A DNA stretch of 64,000 nt from Eledone cirrhosa (taxonomy: Eukaryota). The notes beneath the pieces were generated by a model, which was not told the DNA's origin, did not search any database, and saw nothing but the letters and a program-made list of their open reading frames with translations. A program made the translations under genes and the position numbers. Where the stretch lies: NCBI GenBank assembly GCA_964016885.1, contig OZ024746.1, positions 66,650,001-66,714,000 of the forward strand. The letters are read 5' to 3'. Below are positions 43,264-60,254 of the stretch, piece after piece (the first letter of the stretch is position 1; every line of letters begins with the position of its first letter).

Positions 43264-46200
43264 ATCACAGAGATGCTGGTCTAAAGACTATCAATGAGTC
43301 AAATAGGGCATACGATCCATTTCCCAAAAGGTGAAAATGGATGGAACATGTCTGTTCATTTAGATGATCATGAGAATCAGCATCAACAGGGAGATGGCAA
43401 TAGACACAATAATTCGATTCGCGACTTTTACGCGTTCCATTTGAACGAGAGGAATCAACAGAGAAATGCGCTATTTCAAGCCAGCAGATTGTTCCAGGAA
43501 TACTGTTGTATGGAATTCGCAAATATCGAAAATCAAAGGCTAAATTATATAGCTACACATCAGGAACATATCAGAGTATTGTATAATAATATACAGGATG
43601 CGATAACAGCCGATGATGCATCATTTTGCCATCGTCGTTCATCGGCGGCCCACCAATCTGAAAATGAACATTCGCTATCAGGGTGCAATGGCTATTGTCA
43701 GAAAGTTTGGAAAGCCAAATTTGTTTATAAGGCTTACATGAATGGACTGATATTAAGGATGCACTTTTGCCAGGACAACAGCCAAAGGACCGTCCTGATA
43801 TTGTGGCAAGAGTATTCAAAGGATATCTGAAAAAGATAATGGATATATGGAAAAAGAGGGAATCTTTGGAGGTATAGATGCTTTTACATACGTAATTGAA
43901 TTCCAAAAAAGAGGATTGCCACATGCACATTTGCTGATCATTTTACATAGAGATTGCAAATTGATATGTGCTGAGGATGTCGATAGCATTGTGTGTGCTG
44001 AACTGCCGGAGAATGAGGCACTACGTAACTCGGTGGCAAAGTCAATGGTGCACAACCAATGCAGAGTGGCAAATCGGAAAGCGCCTTGCATGAAAAATGG
44101 CCAATGCAGTAAGCACCTTCCGAAATCTGTTGTCACGAACACTTCCTGGAACGATGGGGATGCTCATCCCTCATACAGAAGACGGTCGCTGCCGATGGCG
44201 GTTTGGTCGAAAATGTAAACGGTCGACAGGTTACTAATCAATGGGTTGTGCCATACAATCCATATTTGATTATGAAATATCGTTGTCATATTAATGTGGA
44301 AATTTGTAGCTCAGTGAAAGCTTGCAAATATATATTCAAATATGTTTGCAAAGGTCAAGATCGCGCAATGATCAATGTAAGGAATGAGGAAGCGAACCAA
44401 GGAGATGAAGTTGGCAGGTTACAGGATGTTCGCTCGATTAGATCTAGTGAAGCTTGCTGGAGATTGTTCGATTTTCATCTCAATGAACTCAAATACAGCG
44501 TTCAGAAACTGACGGTTCACTTAGAGATTAGGCAAATGGTCTGTTTTCAGGACACTAGAAGAGGTGTTGAAAGAATTGCTAACGCCCCACCTCATAGACG
44601 GAATTGACTGAGTGGCTCAAGCATAATAGGGAACATACTTTGGACCCGGATCAAAGGCAACTCTACTGCGATTTCCCTTCGCACTATAGGTTGGATAAGA
44701 AGGGAAAGAAATGGAATGATAGAAAGCAAAAATTGAGATTCATGACTATTGGACGGGTTTGTAATGTCCATCTAGCATCTGGTGATGTGTTTTATCTCCG
44801 AATTCTGTTGCATAGTGATTTTTCGAGAGGTAAACAGAGCTTTGCTGATTTGAAAACAATCAATGGCGTGGAATATGAAAATAACCAGGCTGTGTGTCAG
44901 CATCTGGGATTCCTTCAGGATGACGCTGAATGAAATAACGCCATGGAAGCTGCAGGAACAACACAGACGCCAGCTCAAATAAGGCAGATGTTTTTCACGA
45001 TTCTAGGATTCTGCAATCCAGCCGATCCAAGAGAGTTATTTGAACGCCATTGGGGAATTATGGCTCATGGTTTTAGGCATCATCTTCAGGTCGATGATGA
45101 ACATTTGATGAAAGCTATTGTTTTGCTCAATATTGAGCAACTACTTGAAGTTCATTTTAAATGTTTCAGAGAGTTCAATTTGCCAATTCCTGATGAAGAA
45201 ATGCGCCAACGTGTCTTATCATTGAACATGAGATTGCAGCTTAGACGGTTGCCACTCAATCGGAGGGAACTAAGTCAGTTTGATCCACTGGAACAGCAAC
45301 GTATTGTGGATGAACGTATGCCAATGTTGACCCAATCTCAGAGAGAATGGTCGATGGCGTTCTCCACTCGATTTCCACTAAAGAGCAGCTTTGTGCTTTC
45401 ATAGATGCTCCAGGAGGCACCGGAAAGATATTCTGTTTCAACACTATGTTATCGGCAGTCAGAGCTCAGAGGAAGATTGCTCTCCCTGTGGCCACCAGTG
45501 GGATCACTGCCACTTTGCTGCGAGGTGGAAGCACCTTCCACTCATTCTTCATGGCTCCATTGGCTCCGGATTAATTGAGTGTCTGTAACATTACAGGAGA
45601 AAGTGAACTCTCGGGCCTTATACGCAATACGTCTCTGATTATTTGGGACAAGATTCCAATGGCACACAGATATTTGCTGGAGGCATTGGACAGAACTTTG
45701 AGAGATATCTACGGTAGTGACCTGCCTTTCGGTGGTAAGACTATCGTTCTTGGTGGCGATTTCAGACAGGTGCTAGCAATTGTTAGGAATGCTCAAAGAG
45801 CGCAAATTGTCGATGCATGTTTGAAAAGGTCCCCGTTGTGGGGCCATTTCAGAGTTTTGCGATTACACGATAATATGCGACTTCGTATGTTCGGGCAAAA
45901 CGAAGAGGCTGAGGCATACGGCCGATGGTTGGTGCAGTTGGGAAACGATGAATTGCCACACGTTGGTGATAATCAGACTGTAAGAATCCAAGACCATTTG
46001 CTCATGCCACTGCACCGCCAAGCATTGATTGACTGGGTGTTCCTTAATTTGAATGTTTTTTGGCAGAATATCTCCTGGATATTGGAACGCGTTATTCTAA
46101 CTCATACGAATGCAACGGTCGATGAAATAAATTCACAAGTAGCCGGAATGTTTCCTGGAGAGGAATGGTTGACCGTCAGTGCGGATGCAATGAAGCCTAA

Positions 46201-46514
46201 TCAGCAGAACAATATGGATGTTCCGACTGAGTATCTGAATTCACTTCAAATACCCGGATTTCCCCCACATATTTTGAGGTTGAAAAAGGGTATGCCGATT
46301 ATATTGCTTAGAAATATCAATCATAAAATGGGTCGTTGCAATGGTACCAGATTTCAAGCGAGTCGGTGTCTACTTGAATGATCCAGCATTCAGCCATGGG
46401 CAACTGTATGTTGCTGCATCTCGAGTGTGCGATCCTGATGGTATAAAATTTGCAATTGATACCACTAACAGAGGAACAACCCTGAATATTGTCTATAATG
46501 AAGCGTTGAGCTGA
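43264..46514 (+). pseudogene. Helitron Rep (HUH, Y2)/Pif1 helicase, frameshifted and internally deleted
   Basis: RLFQEY, YVIEFQKRGLPHAHLL, WVVPYNPYL, CHINVE, KYIFKYVCKG, FYLRILL, DAPGGTGK, VLGGDFRQVL, PPHILRLKKG, FSHGQLYVAASRV, NIVYNEALS*. Confidence 0.95.
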
Positions 46515-46536
46515 TGTATGCATATCTTTAATAAGC

Positions 46537-46870
46537 AACGTAAATGATTTGGACATTGGTGTCCTTTGATCAGTAGTGTGAGCTTTGACAGAGTTATCAT
46601 TTATGTTCAATGTCATTTAATGTCGTTATGAGCAATAAAAACAAACAAGTATTGGTAAAAATTGCTTTCACTGCTATATTGCGCAATAAATACCAACAAG
46701 TATTGGTAGAAATTGCCTTTACTGCTATGAATATTCAACGTAAATGATTCAGACATTGGTGTTCTTTTATCAGTATTGTGAGCTTTGACAGAGTTATCAT
46801 TTATGTTCAATTTCATTTATTGTCGATAATGAGCAATAAAACCAACACGTATTGGTAGAAATTGCCTTCA
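46537..46870. repeat. 200-bp tandem duplication with a ~50-bp sub-repeat, downstream of the Helitron ORF
   Basis: AACGTAAATGATT at 46537 and 46737; GCAATAAA..AACAxGTATTGGTAxAAATTGC three times. Confidence 0.85.
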
Positions 46871-47257
46871 AATTTATCGCTTCTGATAGCGGTGTAAGTA
46901 AAACCTCATCATATGCTGAGTCTGGCAAAAAGTTTGGTGCCTATGGTCGGCCAGGTCTAGAGAAATATTGAAAAATGATTCTATTTTCGAAGTAGAACGA
47001 TCCGCGATTTGGAGTTCAAACCAGGCCACCTCCCCGAGTTGAACTCTGGGCAATATTGACTGTCTATTACTCAGTGGCTAAGAGCCTGGAAATTACTGAA
47101 TACATTTTCGTGTCATGTAATTTGTTGTGTTATTATTATAGCTGGCCACTTATAGATGAGCATGTTATCCATATCCATATTAATTTGCCATTTGTATAAA
47201 CCATTTGAAGTAGATAGGGACCTTTTTTACTTTGATGGACATCTTTTATATTAATTA

Positions 47258-47616
47258 TCTATATCTATATCTACATATAATATAAAATATTGGAACTTCC
47301 ATCATCCTTTTGAGAAACGTGGAACAACCACGCCTATGCAATGATACATGTTTTACAGTCAGGCAGAATATGAACCATCTCCTAGAGGTCACTATTCTAG
47401 GTGGGAGCACCTAGAATTGTTCATATACTATGCACAAACGGTACCACAAAGAATCTGGTATATCTGGAAGATCTTTTTTACTGTTTTTGGTATCATACAG
47501 ACACCACGGACTCACCTCATACTGTAACCAGACAAACATCCAATGCAGTCATTTTCTCTCTTACCTGTCTTCTCTTATCATCTGTTTACCCGGGCGAAAC
47601 TGGGTACGTCAGCTAG
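47258..47616 (+). mobile_element. Mini-Helitron copy B
   Basis: A|TCTATATCTATATCTACATATAATATAAAA 5' end; LRNVEQPRLCNDT and NGTTKNLVY scraps; hairpin ACCCGGGCGAAACTGGGT, then CTAG|T. Confidence 0.85.
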
Positions 47617-48193
47617 TGTATATAATGTTCTTTGGCAACGCGAAGACAAACGCTATTACGCAGCCCATACAATTAATCATTGATGGTGAAGAATGGTAAA
47701 CAGATATCCATTTGAAAAGAAACAACTAACCAATACGTTTAAACAATGACATAATCTGTTAATAGGTTGTGAGATGAAGAACGTAAAATCTTTGAATTCA
47801 TAACAAAATACGAAATTAGTATAGAATGGATAGTTGATTAATAGATAACTGTTTTATCATAGCATGAAATTCTTAATATTAGAGGCATTTCAATTAGGAA
47901 CGAAGGGCAAAGCATACACTCGTAACAATTTAGAAATGAATGACGAATGTGTGGTTTATTTTTGTTTCTCTTTTATGCAATACATGCACACCAATTCATA
48001 GCAATAATATTTATTACTTTTTGGGACAATTCATTATCATTTTACAAAGCAAGTTGTTTATAATATGCTAAATCGAGTGTTCAGTGGCAGAAATAATTCA
48101 TTTAAAGAATACTACCAAACAAACATGCCTGATGTATTAGAAAAATTAGTTTCTGATTTAGTAGAATATAAGCAGTTACTCATCTTGCCTCTG

Positions 48194-48314
48194 ATAATTG
48201 TTTCTACTTTTGGCACAAGGCCAGCAATTACCCAGGACATTACTGATACTTTATTTTATCGACCCCGTATGGATGAAAGGCAAAATTAACCTCGGCGGGA
48301 TTTGAACTCAGACT
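48194..48314 (-). mobile_element. SINE, 5'-truncated
   Basis: Reverse complement of the family 3' half. Confidence 0.88.
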
Positions 48315-48989
48315 GTAATATAAAAGAATATAAAAAAAGAATATAAAAAAAGAAACCGAATAAAATCATTTGAGATTATGTTTTTATACAAATTATAGGT
48401 AATTAGATAGATGTTAAAATAATATTTTCCTTTTGAAATACAAAATATTTCAGAAATATATCCAGGGGCATTCTAGAACAGTAGAGTATTCTAAACCCAC
48501 TCGCTGTTTCTTGTTGATTATTTTTTCTTACATAAAAGACGCCATGGTAGCATTCAAGATTGTGATAATTTCATATTTAGAATTATGTTAGATATATATA
48601 AAGATTGTTTAGGAATAAAGTAACGAAATAAAAAAAGGATGCGTTAGGAGATAAATAGCTTCAAAATATCAAGTGTATGAACAAATATAGTCGGAACGAA
48701 AATATTGTTTTCATGTAGCAAGAAACATCACTGCTTAGGTTATCATCATTAAATTAATTTACGGAAACAAACAAAATGAAATTAATATCAATGAGGATAG
48801 CAATGGCTGCAGGGTATGTTGGAATTCCGTCGGACCTAAGAGGATATTTCATATGTTCATAAACGGGAACAGCTTGTGCATGAATTACGTACATTCTACC
48901 GACGCTTGCAATATTAATCAAATTTTCAGGGACATTGAGCGTTACAAAGTGGGTGAAACTTTTGGTCTTCAATTTAGATGTACAATTCA

Positions 48990-49095
48990 TCTTTTGCTAG
49001 TCGAGTGAACTGGAGCAACTTAGGATAAAATGATCACGTCATGATCCGAACTCACGTCCTTTAGACTAAGTGTCGAAATCTATCTCCAATTAAGC
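48990..49095 (-). mobile_element. Second SINE family, decayed
   Basis: GAGTGAACTGGAGCAAC is the reverse complement of the core seen near 37205. Confidence 0.5.
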
Positions 49096-49119
49096 AACGC
49101 ACATTCAAGGCAAAGGATA

Positions 49120-49306
49120 ATAATTGTTTCTACTTTAGGCACAAGGCCAGCAATTACCCAGTACATTACTGGTACTTTATTTTATCGACCCCGTAAGGAT
49201 GAAAGGCAAAGTTAACCTCGGCAGGATTTGAACTCAGACTGTAAAGGAACGTAACTATGCTAGAAAGCATGGCGTCCGACTCTCTACCGATACTGCCAAT
49301 TCCCCG
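49120..49306 (-). mobile_element. SINE, full length, with 15-bp TSD
   Basis: GCAAAGGATAATAAT at 49110-49124 and 49306-49320. Confidence 0.92.
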
Positions 49307-49383
49307 CAAAGGATAATAATGATGTTTAAATTTGACTCAAGTCGAACAATTTTTAGATCAACTCGTATTTGAATTGTATTTCC

Positions 49384-49665
49384 TTTTATCGGCCCCAGAA
49401 AGATAAAAGACAAAATTGACTTCGACTTGATTTCAACATAAAAAGTCTTAACCAAATACCGTAAATGACATTGTGAAACACTTTAACATTTCTGCTAAGG
49501 CATACAACAATAAATAAAAATGATCTCTCATCCATTTGGAGGGAGGGAAAATTTGATTTTGATGAATTCATTCATTCAGTGATAATTTATATTATCAAAC
49601 CCGGATAGATGAAAGGCAAAATTAACCTCAGCGGAATGTGAATTCAGACGGTAAAGAGTCATAAC
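49384..49665 (-). mobile_element. Two decayed partial SINE copies
   Basis: TTTTATCGGCCCC..AAAGACAAAATTGACTTCG and GATGAAAGGCAAAATTAACCTCAGCGG. Confidence 0.6.
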
Positions 49666-50354
49666 TCTTTTGTGTACAGATTTCAATTGTTGCAACTTCT
49701 TTTTTCCCTACTTGTAGTAATAGTGTTGTTATTCTTACTGCTCTTAATGTCAGCGATTATTATTTGCTTGTTTATTTTTTCCTTGCTGTGGTGGTGGGGG
49801 TGGTTTTAGTTATGGCGGTGGTTTTAATTGTGGCCGTGGTGAAAGTGCACTGGTTTGATGATGCTGAGGCAAGAAAAGAAACGGAATATTGTGCTGCGTT
49901 TTCAAGTGCTTCGTTGTTGTTATTTTTGTTATTCTTATCTCGAGCCATGATGTCACTAGCAATGAGAGGGGGTTGAACAAGAAGGCTTTATATGGGACAA
50001 AATAGGTACTACTTACATGTCAGTGTGAATTAGAATACCTTTCAGCAAGGACATTTTCATATTTGGAGACAAGAGAAGAGGGAAAATAAAGATCAGTTAT
50101 TAATCAAGAAAATGGAAATCAAATTTGAATACAGTTTTATACATCATGTTTCTTTGGTGCCAAGACTGTAGAGAAAGCAAATAGAAAAGTGGAAATCTAT
50201 ACACCATAAATTTCGATTACGAGAATTTGGAACATAAAATCTGTAAAACTTGTGCTTTTGCTTATCGTTGCAGTTGGGACTGTGTAGAGTCCGTAACATC
50301 TCTTGGTTGCCCATAACAAAACAATATATATGTTTTTTTCAAAGCCATTCATTA

Positions 50355-50450
50355 TTAAAATGGTTTGTTTGCGAAAAATTATCCCGAAATTGCAGACTTG
50401 GTGATTTCTGCTGTGCAACTAGCGGTTACTGCGTACCTATGTACTAATGC
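50355..50450 (+). pseudogene. Possible hAT transposase dimerisation-domain remnant
   Basis: NYPEIADLVISAVQLAVTAYLC loosely resembles YPxLxxxAxxxLxxxxTTYLCE. Confidence 0.3.
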
Positions 50451-50832
50451 TGATACAAAAGAAATATGTCTATATATCATTTATGGCTATTCCATCAAAT
50501 ATTATATAACTACTAATATAGCTCAACTGTTTAAAGACGATTTATGTGAATTGGGGAAATCCTGTCGCTATATCTGACAGATTTAGCAAATATATATACG
50601 CTGATGCTTATGGATATTATTTTCAAATGCTGCTGCAACTATCGATTTCCCAACTAGAAACAATCCGAAATGTGTAGAAGCACATTTGCCCTTCTTCACG
50701 TAATTGATAATTGAAAACAAACATATTGGTGATAAAGTATGAATATGAATTCTAAATCTATGTGGCTTATAAATCACAGATTCTGCACCTTAGGTCTGTT
50801 TCCTTCTTTAAATCTTAAAGAATATTTTCTTT

Positions 50833-50863
<31 letters not shown>

Positions 50864-51427
50864 ATGTGTGTGTGTGTGTAAACTGAGAACCGAAAATAAG
50901 ACGCTAATCTCTCTAAATTAATTCAAAGAGGAAAAAGTTTGAATCATATCGATATTCCATATTCATTAGAATAGCAATTATGAAATACTTGCCGCTAACT
51001 ATTTTCGTTTTCATACAACAGGAAATGATTGCTTTAAATATATATATTTATTTTCTTGTGACTATTGATTTCTTAACTGTACATCGAGTTTTTCAGGAAT
51101 ATAATTTTGTCATTTCGATATTCATAATTTAAAAATATATTCAATTTTCCCGACTGCATTCAGATTTCGTTACCTTAGCTTAATAATTTATCGGACAACA
51201 CTTCATTGAAATATGTATTCAAATTGTTTACATGAATTAGAAACAAATAACACACACATTTATGTATGCTTAGGTGTACGCCATATATACGCGTTTGATT
51301 GTGTGTTTGCGACTTTTTGCGTTTGTAGAATGCTGTCGTCCCTGTGTAGAAATGACCATAATCATAGTTACTTACTATAAATAATAGTTGAGAAAATCGG
51401 AGCCGAGAAAAGACTGAATTAATGCTC

Positions 51428-51502
51428 ATAGCCTTGTTAGGCTAATGGTAAATGCACGCTGGCAGTATCTGAGAGGTGCGGGGTTCGATTCTTCAATAGC
51501 AA
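51428..51502 (+). mobile_element. tRNA-like SINE head or tRNA pseudogene
   Basis: A-box-like TAGGCTAATGGT and B-box-like GGTTCGATTCT; cloverleaf stems do not pair fully. Confidence 0.45.
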
Positions 51503-51579
51503 CTCTGTGCACATTGTTTCCTGAATAATCGGAATTGACAGAATTATCACCAACTATTGGAAAGAGTCACATGTAGTAG

Positions 51580-52150
51580 GCACAGAGGGGGGTGGGTGGA
51601 ATTAATTGATATAGAGAGTGGGACTGGAAGAGAATTCCGTGTGGTAGATATAGAGAGGGGGTGAGTTTGACGGTAATGAAGAGTGAGATGATTGTTAGTG
51701 ATACGTATTGATAGATATAGAGAGGGGAAGAATTTGCTAGTGATGGATAGAATGATAGGGAATGAGAGAGAGTGGTGTATGGCAGATATAGAGATGGGGC
51801 TAATTCGGTACTAAATGATATATAGAGCGGGATTGGGAGAGACAGCATAGTAAAACGTATAGAGGGGGAGTTTGTAATGGACAGAGAGAGAACGCTTACG
51901 TGAGAGTGGGGTAGAGATGGTGGAGGATATAGTTTGGTGTTAATTGATATAGAGAGGAGTACTAGTGGGACTGGAGGAGTGTATCATTTAGTAGATAGTG
52001 CACATTTTAGTAGAGAGTGTACCTTTTAGTAGATAGGAGGAGAATTTGGTGGTTATACATGTAGAGGAAATATAAGGGAAGAGTGCTATGTAGTAGACAG
52101 AGAGAGGGTCACAAATAATAGAAGGTGGGGAGGGATTAGTGGGGTGGAGT
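51580..52150 (+). repeat. Purine-rich degenerate minisatellite, same family as 35055-35770
   Basis: Same GATATAGAGAGGGG units, and both arrays are followed by TTTTTT..ATGTAAAATAAAA. Confidence 0.75.
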
Positions 52151-52341
52151 TTGGGAATTCGTTAATTATTTAGTTTACGTTCGTAAATATGGGGTTTCTT
52201 GTAACGGTTTTGTTTGTAGTATATAATCTATTTTTTTTTATGTAAAATAAAATAATTACACCTGGGAGTATGTGAAATATAAAATGTCAAAATACCGAAA
52301 TAGAGTTTAAATAGTCATTTACTATGTCAAAGAGATGAGCT

Positions 52342-52465
52342 ATGTTACATTGGAGTTTCACCTGCGTACTTAAAAGAACATCAGACATGAATGGTGATCC
52401 TGTGAGTGCGCAGATGGGTGAAACTGTATAGTAACAGAGCTCACCAATAACCATAATAGATTAAT

Positions 52466-52466
<1 letters not shown>
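52342..52466. ncRNA. Head-to-head pair of decayed hammerhead motifs; second copy at 57593-57691
   Basis: Minus strand ATGT-CTGATG(T)-..GCAGGT-GAAA-CTCCAATG-TA-ACAT; plus strand TGA-TCCTGTG..GGT-GAAA-CTGTATAG-TA-ACAGAGCTCA followed by AATAA(C/A). Confidence 0.55.
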
Positions 52467-55731
<3,265 letters not shown>

Positions 55732-55809
55732 GGAAAAGAAAATGCTGACAAATTGTTCCCAGTGAAAAATAGTTTAATTAGGAATAAGTAAAAATTAGTA
55801 ATAGTATTT

Positions 55810-56100
55810 GGTTCGTGGAAACGTTCCCTGGCAAAGAACGGGAAAAAACGAATATAATACGCCATTATTTGGAGCAGTGAAAAACAATTACACGCAAAGA
55901 CAAAACCACGTTTATGGTATAAAACAAGTCGTAGACTAATATTCTATTAGGTCGTTCATAGAGACGCTCTCAGGCAATGAACGGAAAAAACGTCATATGT
56001 AAAAAAACGGATAATATGTCATATGTGGAGCTGGGAGAACAATTGCACGCAAATACAAAACCACGTAAATGGTATAACTGAAGTCGTAGACTAAAATTCT
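55810..56100. repeat. ~157-bp diverged tandem duplication in the 3' region of Naiad element 5
   Basis: CACGCAAA.ACAAAACCACGT..ATGGTATAA...AAGTCGTAGACTAA.ATTCTA occurs twice. Confidence 0.8.
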
Positions 56101-56799
56101 AACTACGAAACCGAATGATTCTCGGCTTCAGAGTTAAGAATAAAGTAAATAAAATACAGAGGTAATTGAAATAAATATATACATGCATCCATATACGTAC
56201 ATACACAAGCATACGCAAAAACACTCGCTATAGGTATACAAATACACGCACGTAAAACAAAAAAAAAAACAAAAAAACCCACACGCACATACAGAACCCA
56301 CACAACGCCTGTACCCGCACGCATACGAATGTATACACCAAATACATATACAAATATATATAGAAATGTATATATTAATATATATATATATGTGTGTGTG
56401 TGCGTGTATACATATAATTAAATAAACGTATATAAATAAATACGTATATAACAAGCGCTCACTCATACATACATGTATATACACATATGTTCGGAGACGT
56501 ACGTCAACCAAAGCACGAAGTACACATATACACACACCCTACACACGTACGAACCCGCATACTCACACAGACGCAAAACTCACGTATACACAACCAAAAG
56601 CATATGTACCAGAATATATAATATATACGCCATAACACATACAATCAAATATACGTACGAGGAAGTATACGTATCTTCATAAAACATACAGGTAATATAT
56701 ATTTACCTATACAAATAAGTAATGGTATAAACATAACATATACTTAGCTACCACATCAAGATGTAAAATATCCGCGTATAGTTTGTACTATCCGTTAGG

Positions 56800-57300
56800 T
56801 TATAATGTGGGGCTGTAATACAGGAAAATGTTGTGCAATTTATGTTTACAAGCCGAAATTGCCTAAGATTTTTTGTTTACGATGTGATCTTTGGCGTAGA
56901 GTATTTCCAGGGCCTCAGCGGCGCAGAGGTCACATGGTCTTTTATTTCCGTTATACGATCTAGCCCTAGCTAGGATCTCCCAGTGTAAATTATATTGGGT
57001 ATGGTTGTCTTTTAGACTCCAGATATAAGCTGACGTCAAATTCCTTCTTAAAGGGTAACGAAAACAATGGGTATGCATGTAAAAACGCTGTTTGAATCTA
57101 TTGGCGGTTAACCCTATGTAGGCCTTACGGGACGTGGGAGTTTCAACCTTACATTTGTAGACAATGTTACTAGAGAGACATTTCCCGGATAGGGAGCAGT
57201 CAACCCGATTCCTACAATTACAGTTAGTACTAACTACAGGGTTGCACGTGTTCCTACGGCTAGGTAGTTTAGCTAAATTAGAAGCTGTGATGTTATGTGC
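56800..57300 (-). pseudogene. Penelope-like (Naiad-type) element 5: GIY-YIG domain
   Basis: CNCRNRVDCSLSGKCL, IVYKC, AYIGLTANRFKQRF, IWSLK, CDLCAAE, NKKS*AISACKH. Confidence 0.9.
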
Positions 57301-57552
57301 AAAGTCATAGAGTAAGACATTTTAATAGTAACATTTTTAATAGAAATAATATGTTTATGTGTAGGGGGCAATGCTTCATAATAAGGGAGAGAAAGATCTT
57401 AGCTAAAGGTGTGGCCACCTCCATATATAATATAAAATAATGAAGGGTCTGTACCCTTTCCTAAGGGGCTCATATATCGAGTTTCTTCGCATTTGGTAAT
57501 AAACTGTTACCATACCCAATTTATTCATCTCCTAAACACACACACATACACA

Positions 57553-57592
<40 letters not shown>

Positions 57593-57593
<1 letters not shown>

Positions 57594-57688
57594 GCGTACT
57601 TAAATGATCATCAGGCATGAATGGTGATCCTGTGGGAGCATGGGTGAAACTGTAGAGTAACACAGCTCACCAATAAACATAAAATTCA

Positions 57689-57691
<3 letters not shown>
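57593..57691. mobile_element. Second copy of the head-to-head hammerhead module, between (TA)n arrays
   Basis: TGCGTACTTAAA..CATCAG.CATGAATGGTGATCCTGTG..ATGGGTGAAACTGTA.AGTAACA.AGCTCACCAATAA matches 52362-52466. Confidence 0.7.
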
Positions 57692-57769
<78 letters not shown>

Positions 57770-58299
57770 TGTATTGAAGTTTGCTTGAAGCATTGTGGAA
57801 CAATAAGTAAATATCTTTAAGTCGTTTGGAAGCCTCGACAATGCAAATGGGTAAATCTCCGGGTAACAAGGTCCGGTGGTGGAGAGAGAGATGTAAGGGG
57901 GTGTACGTTGAGATGCGTAGTGTGTATAAGATGTGTGAGATGTGTAGAATGAAAGGAAGGGTATAAAGGATAAAAATAAAAATAACAACACAAGAGAGAG
58001 TTACCTTGGGAGAGATTTAATAGTCCCTATATATTTCGGATTCACATCCATCAAGTGGGGTTTTTTTCCGGGGTGGGGGAAAACGTTGTCTGTCGGACAA
58101 GTCCGGAACGCGTCTTTCGCTGTTTGTTGTTTTGAATATCTGAGGTATTCGGCAGAGCGCGCGTGTGCGTGAAATGGGGTCGGTCGTACAGAGGTCAGCG
58201 GCCGAATGAGTGAGTGGGATGGCGCTAGCTGTCAGTCCATTCTCGGCCTGTTTGTTAAATGTTACTGTGTGTGTGTGCGCGTGTGTTGTTGTCTCGCTT

Positions 58300-58332
<33 letters not shown>

Positions 58333-58631
58333 GTTGCCTTGTTCATCTGTATTGGCAGTGTAGTATGTTCGTATGGTGGAATGCTACTGTGTGTGTGTGC
58401 GTGTGTGTGTGTAGTTGTCTAGTTTGCGTGTGTGTGTGTGTGCGTGTGTTGTGTGTTGTTGCTTGGATTAAAAAATCCAATAGTACCCCATTTGCGTGAG
58501 TATAGGCGCCAGCGATTCTGCGGAGGTTACTGATCTTACCGGCCTTTTCCTTCTTTTCTCTATCAAGGAAGAATTCCCTAATGTGGACGGTGGTTTTCCT
58601 CGTGTTGATGGTCTTTTGACCATGACTAAGT

Positions 58632-58820
58632 GCAGTGGATTGGCAGTATCAGTAGAGGGTCGGACGCCATACTTTCCAGCATAGTTACGTCCCTTTACGA
58701 TCTGAGTTCAAATCCCGCCGAGGTTGACTTTGCCTTTCATCCTTACGGGGTCGATAAAATAAAGTACCAGTAATGCACTGGGTAATTGCTGGCCTTGTGC
58801 CTAAAGTAGAAACAATTATT
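58632..58820 (+). mobile_element. SINE, full length
   Basis: Near-identical to the 42916-43104 copy. Confidence 0.92.
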
Positions 58821-60254
58821 TTATATTATATATATATATATATACAGGGGCATTATCTCCCCCTCCTCCATAATTATATTTTTGTGCACAAACTATCAAA
58901 AAACACATCTATAGGATATGCACTACTTTTAATGTACATATTAGGTTTATCATATATCGATGTATTTTTACCATTTTAGATTGCAAAGAACTAAACTAAT
59001 CATTAAAAATTAAATTTACCAAATCCCCCCCCCCCCCCGCTCCCAAATTAGGAAATGCTTCTGTTTATATATATATATATATATGTGTGTGTGGTCGCGT
59101 GTGTGTGTGTAAATATAAACAGGTATGTATGTTGTTATTATTGGGTACAGACTTAACCAGAGGGTTTAAAGCTCAATGCAATAGGGTTCATGAAGAGCTG
59201 ATATATAATGAATTAGAAAAGTGTGTGTATGAGTGTGTGTCATTGTGTGTTTCTCTGTGCGTATATGAACGTGTTTGGGACATTATATAAATTGAAATGA
59301 GCTCTCTCTGCGGGACTTCATGGCTGTAGCAATCATAGACACAATAATTTCTCTAACGTATATTTGTCATTTTCTAACTGAATCGTCTTAATAATTTATG
59401 TTATTGGTTTAGTAATTATTTCCATAAAATTATTAGCGGATTGTTCTCTATTTATGCCTTTTAATCAAATAGAAATCCCCAACCTATAGATGTTAACTAC
59501 CCTAACAATAACAACAATTAATTTCTTAGCCTGAGAGAATACAAGTTGTAGTCAGTAAATTCCTATTTTATTACATCCTTCGTTCGGTGTTTTGTTAATT
59601 GTAACTGAATAATATAATCTAAATGGAAACTGGATTTTGTAAACGTCTCAGTGTAGCAGACTACAATTAATTGTATTAAAGCGCATACTCGTAACTGCCA
59701 TTTAACTAAAAATATACATTCTTCGTCTTCCCTTATTTACAAACACCATCGCTGCATTCATTAACCAATATCTTACCAATATCTTCCCCAGCTTCATTTT
59801 CCGTATAATGCAGTGGTGTATGTGTGTTTGCGTAGGTGTTAGTTTGTTTGTGTTACCATTCGATTTCACCCTGTCTTTTGCATCTTTTTCCTTCTGCTTT
59901 ATTCATCACACCGTCTCTAACTCTCACTTTCACTCTTTCCCGTGACACTCTTGCTCGTTTTCCCGCTCATCAATACTCTTCTGTTATTCCCTTCACACAT
60001 AAATTTCCTTTTTCTTTCCCATCAAAACTATTCTCCCCTTTTGACACTTCTACCAACTATGTCAGATAGGTACGGGCATAAAAATATAATAGATTAATAA
60101 TATCCCGGCCTTTATTTCCTGGGTTGTAATTAACTGGATCACGTCAACAGTTTCCGAAAACGCCTGAAAAAATATGTCTCTATAACATTTTGTTTTGATT
60201 ATAACGATTTCAATTTTCTAAATTCCGAAATATTTCCATATTTCATTGTTTACG

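Noticed and set aside
46317-46816. Two similar minus-strand ORFs suggesting a peptide gene pair
   Set aside because: They result from a 200-bp tandem duplication and overlap the helicase antisense
51428-51502. Functional tRNA gene
   Set aside because: Acceptor and anticodon stems do not pair
57770-58620. Possible retroelement 5' region or ORF start on the minus strand
   Set aside because: No diagnostic motif recognised
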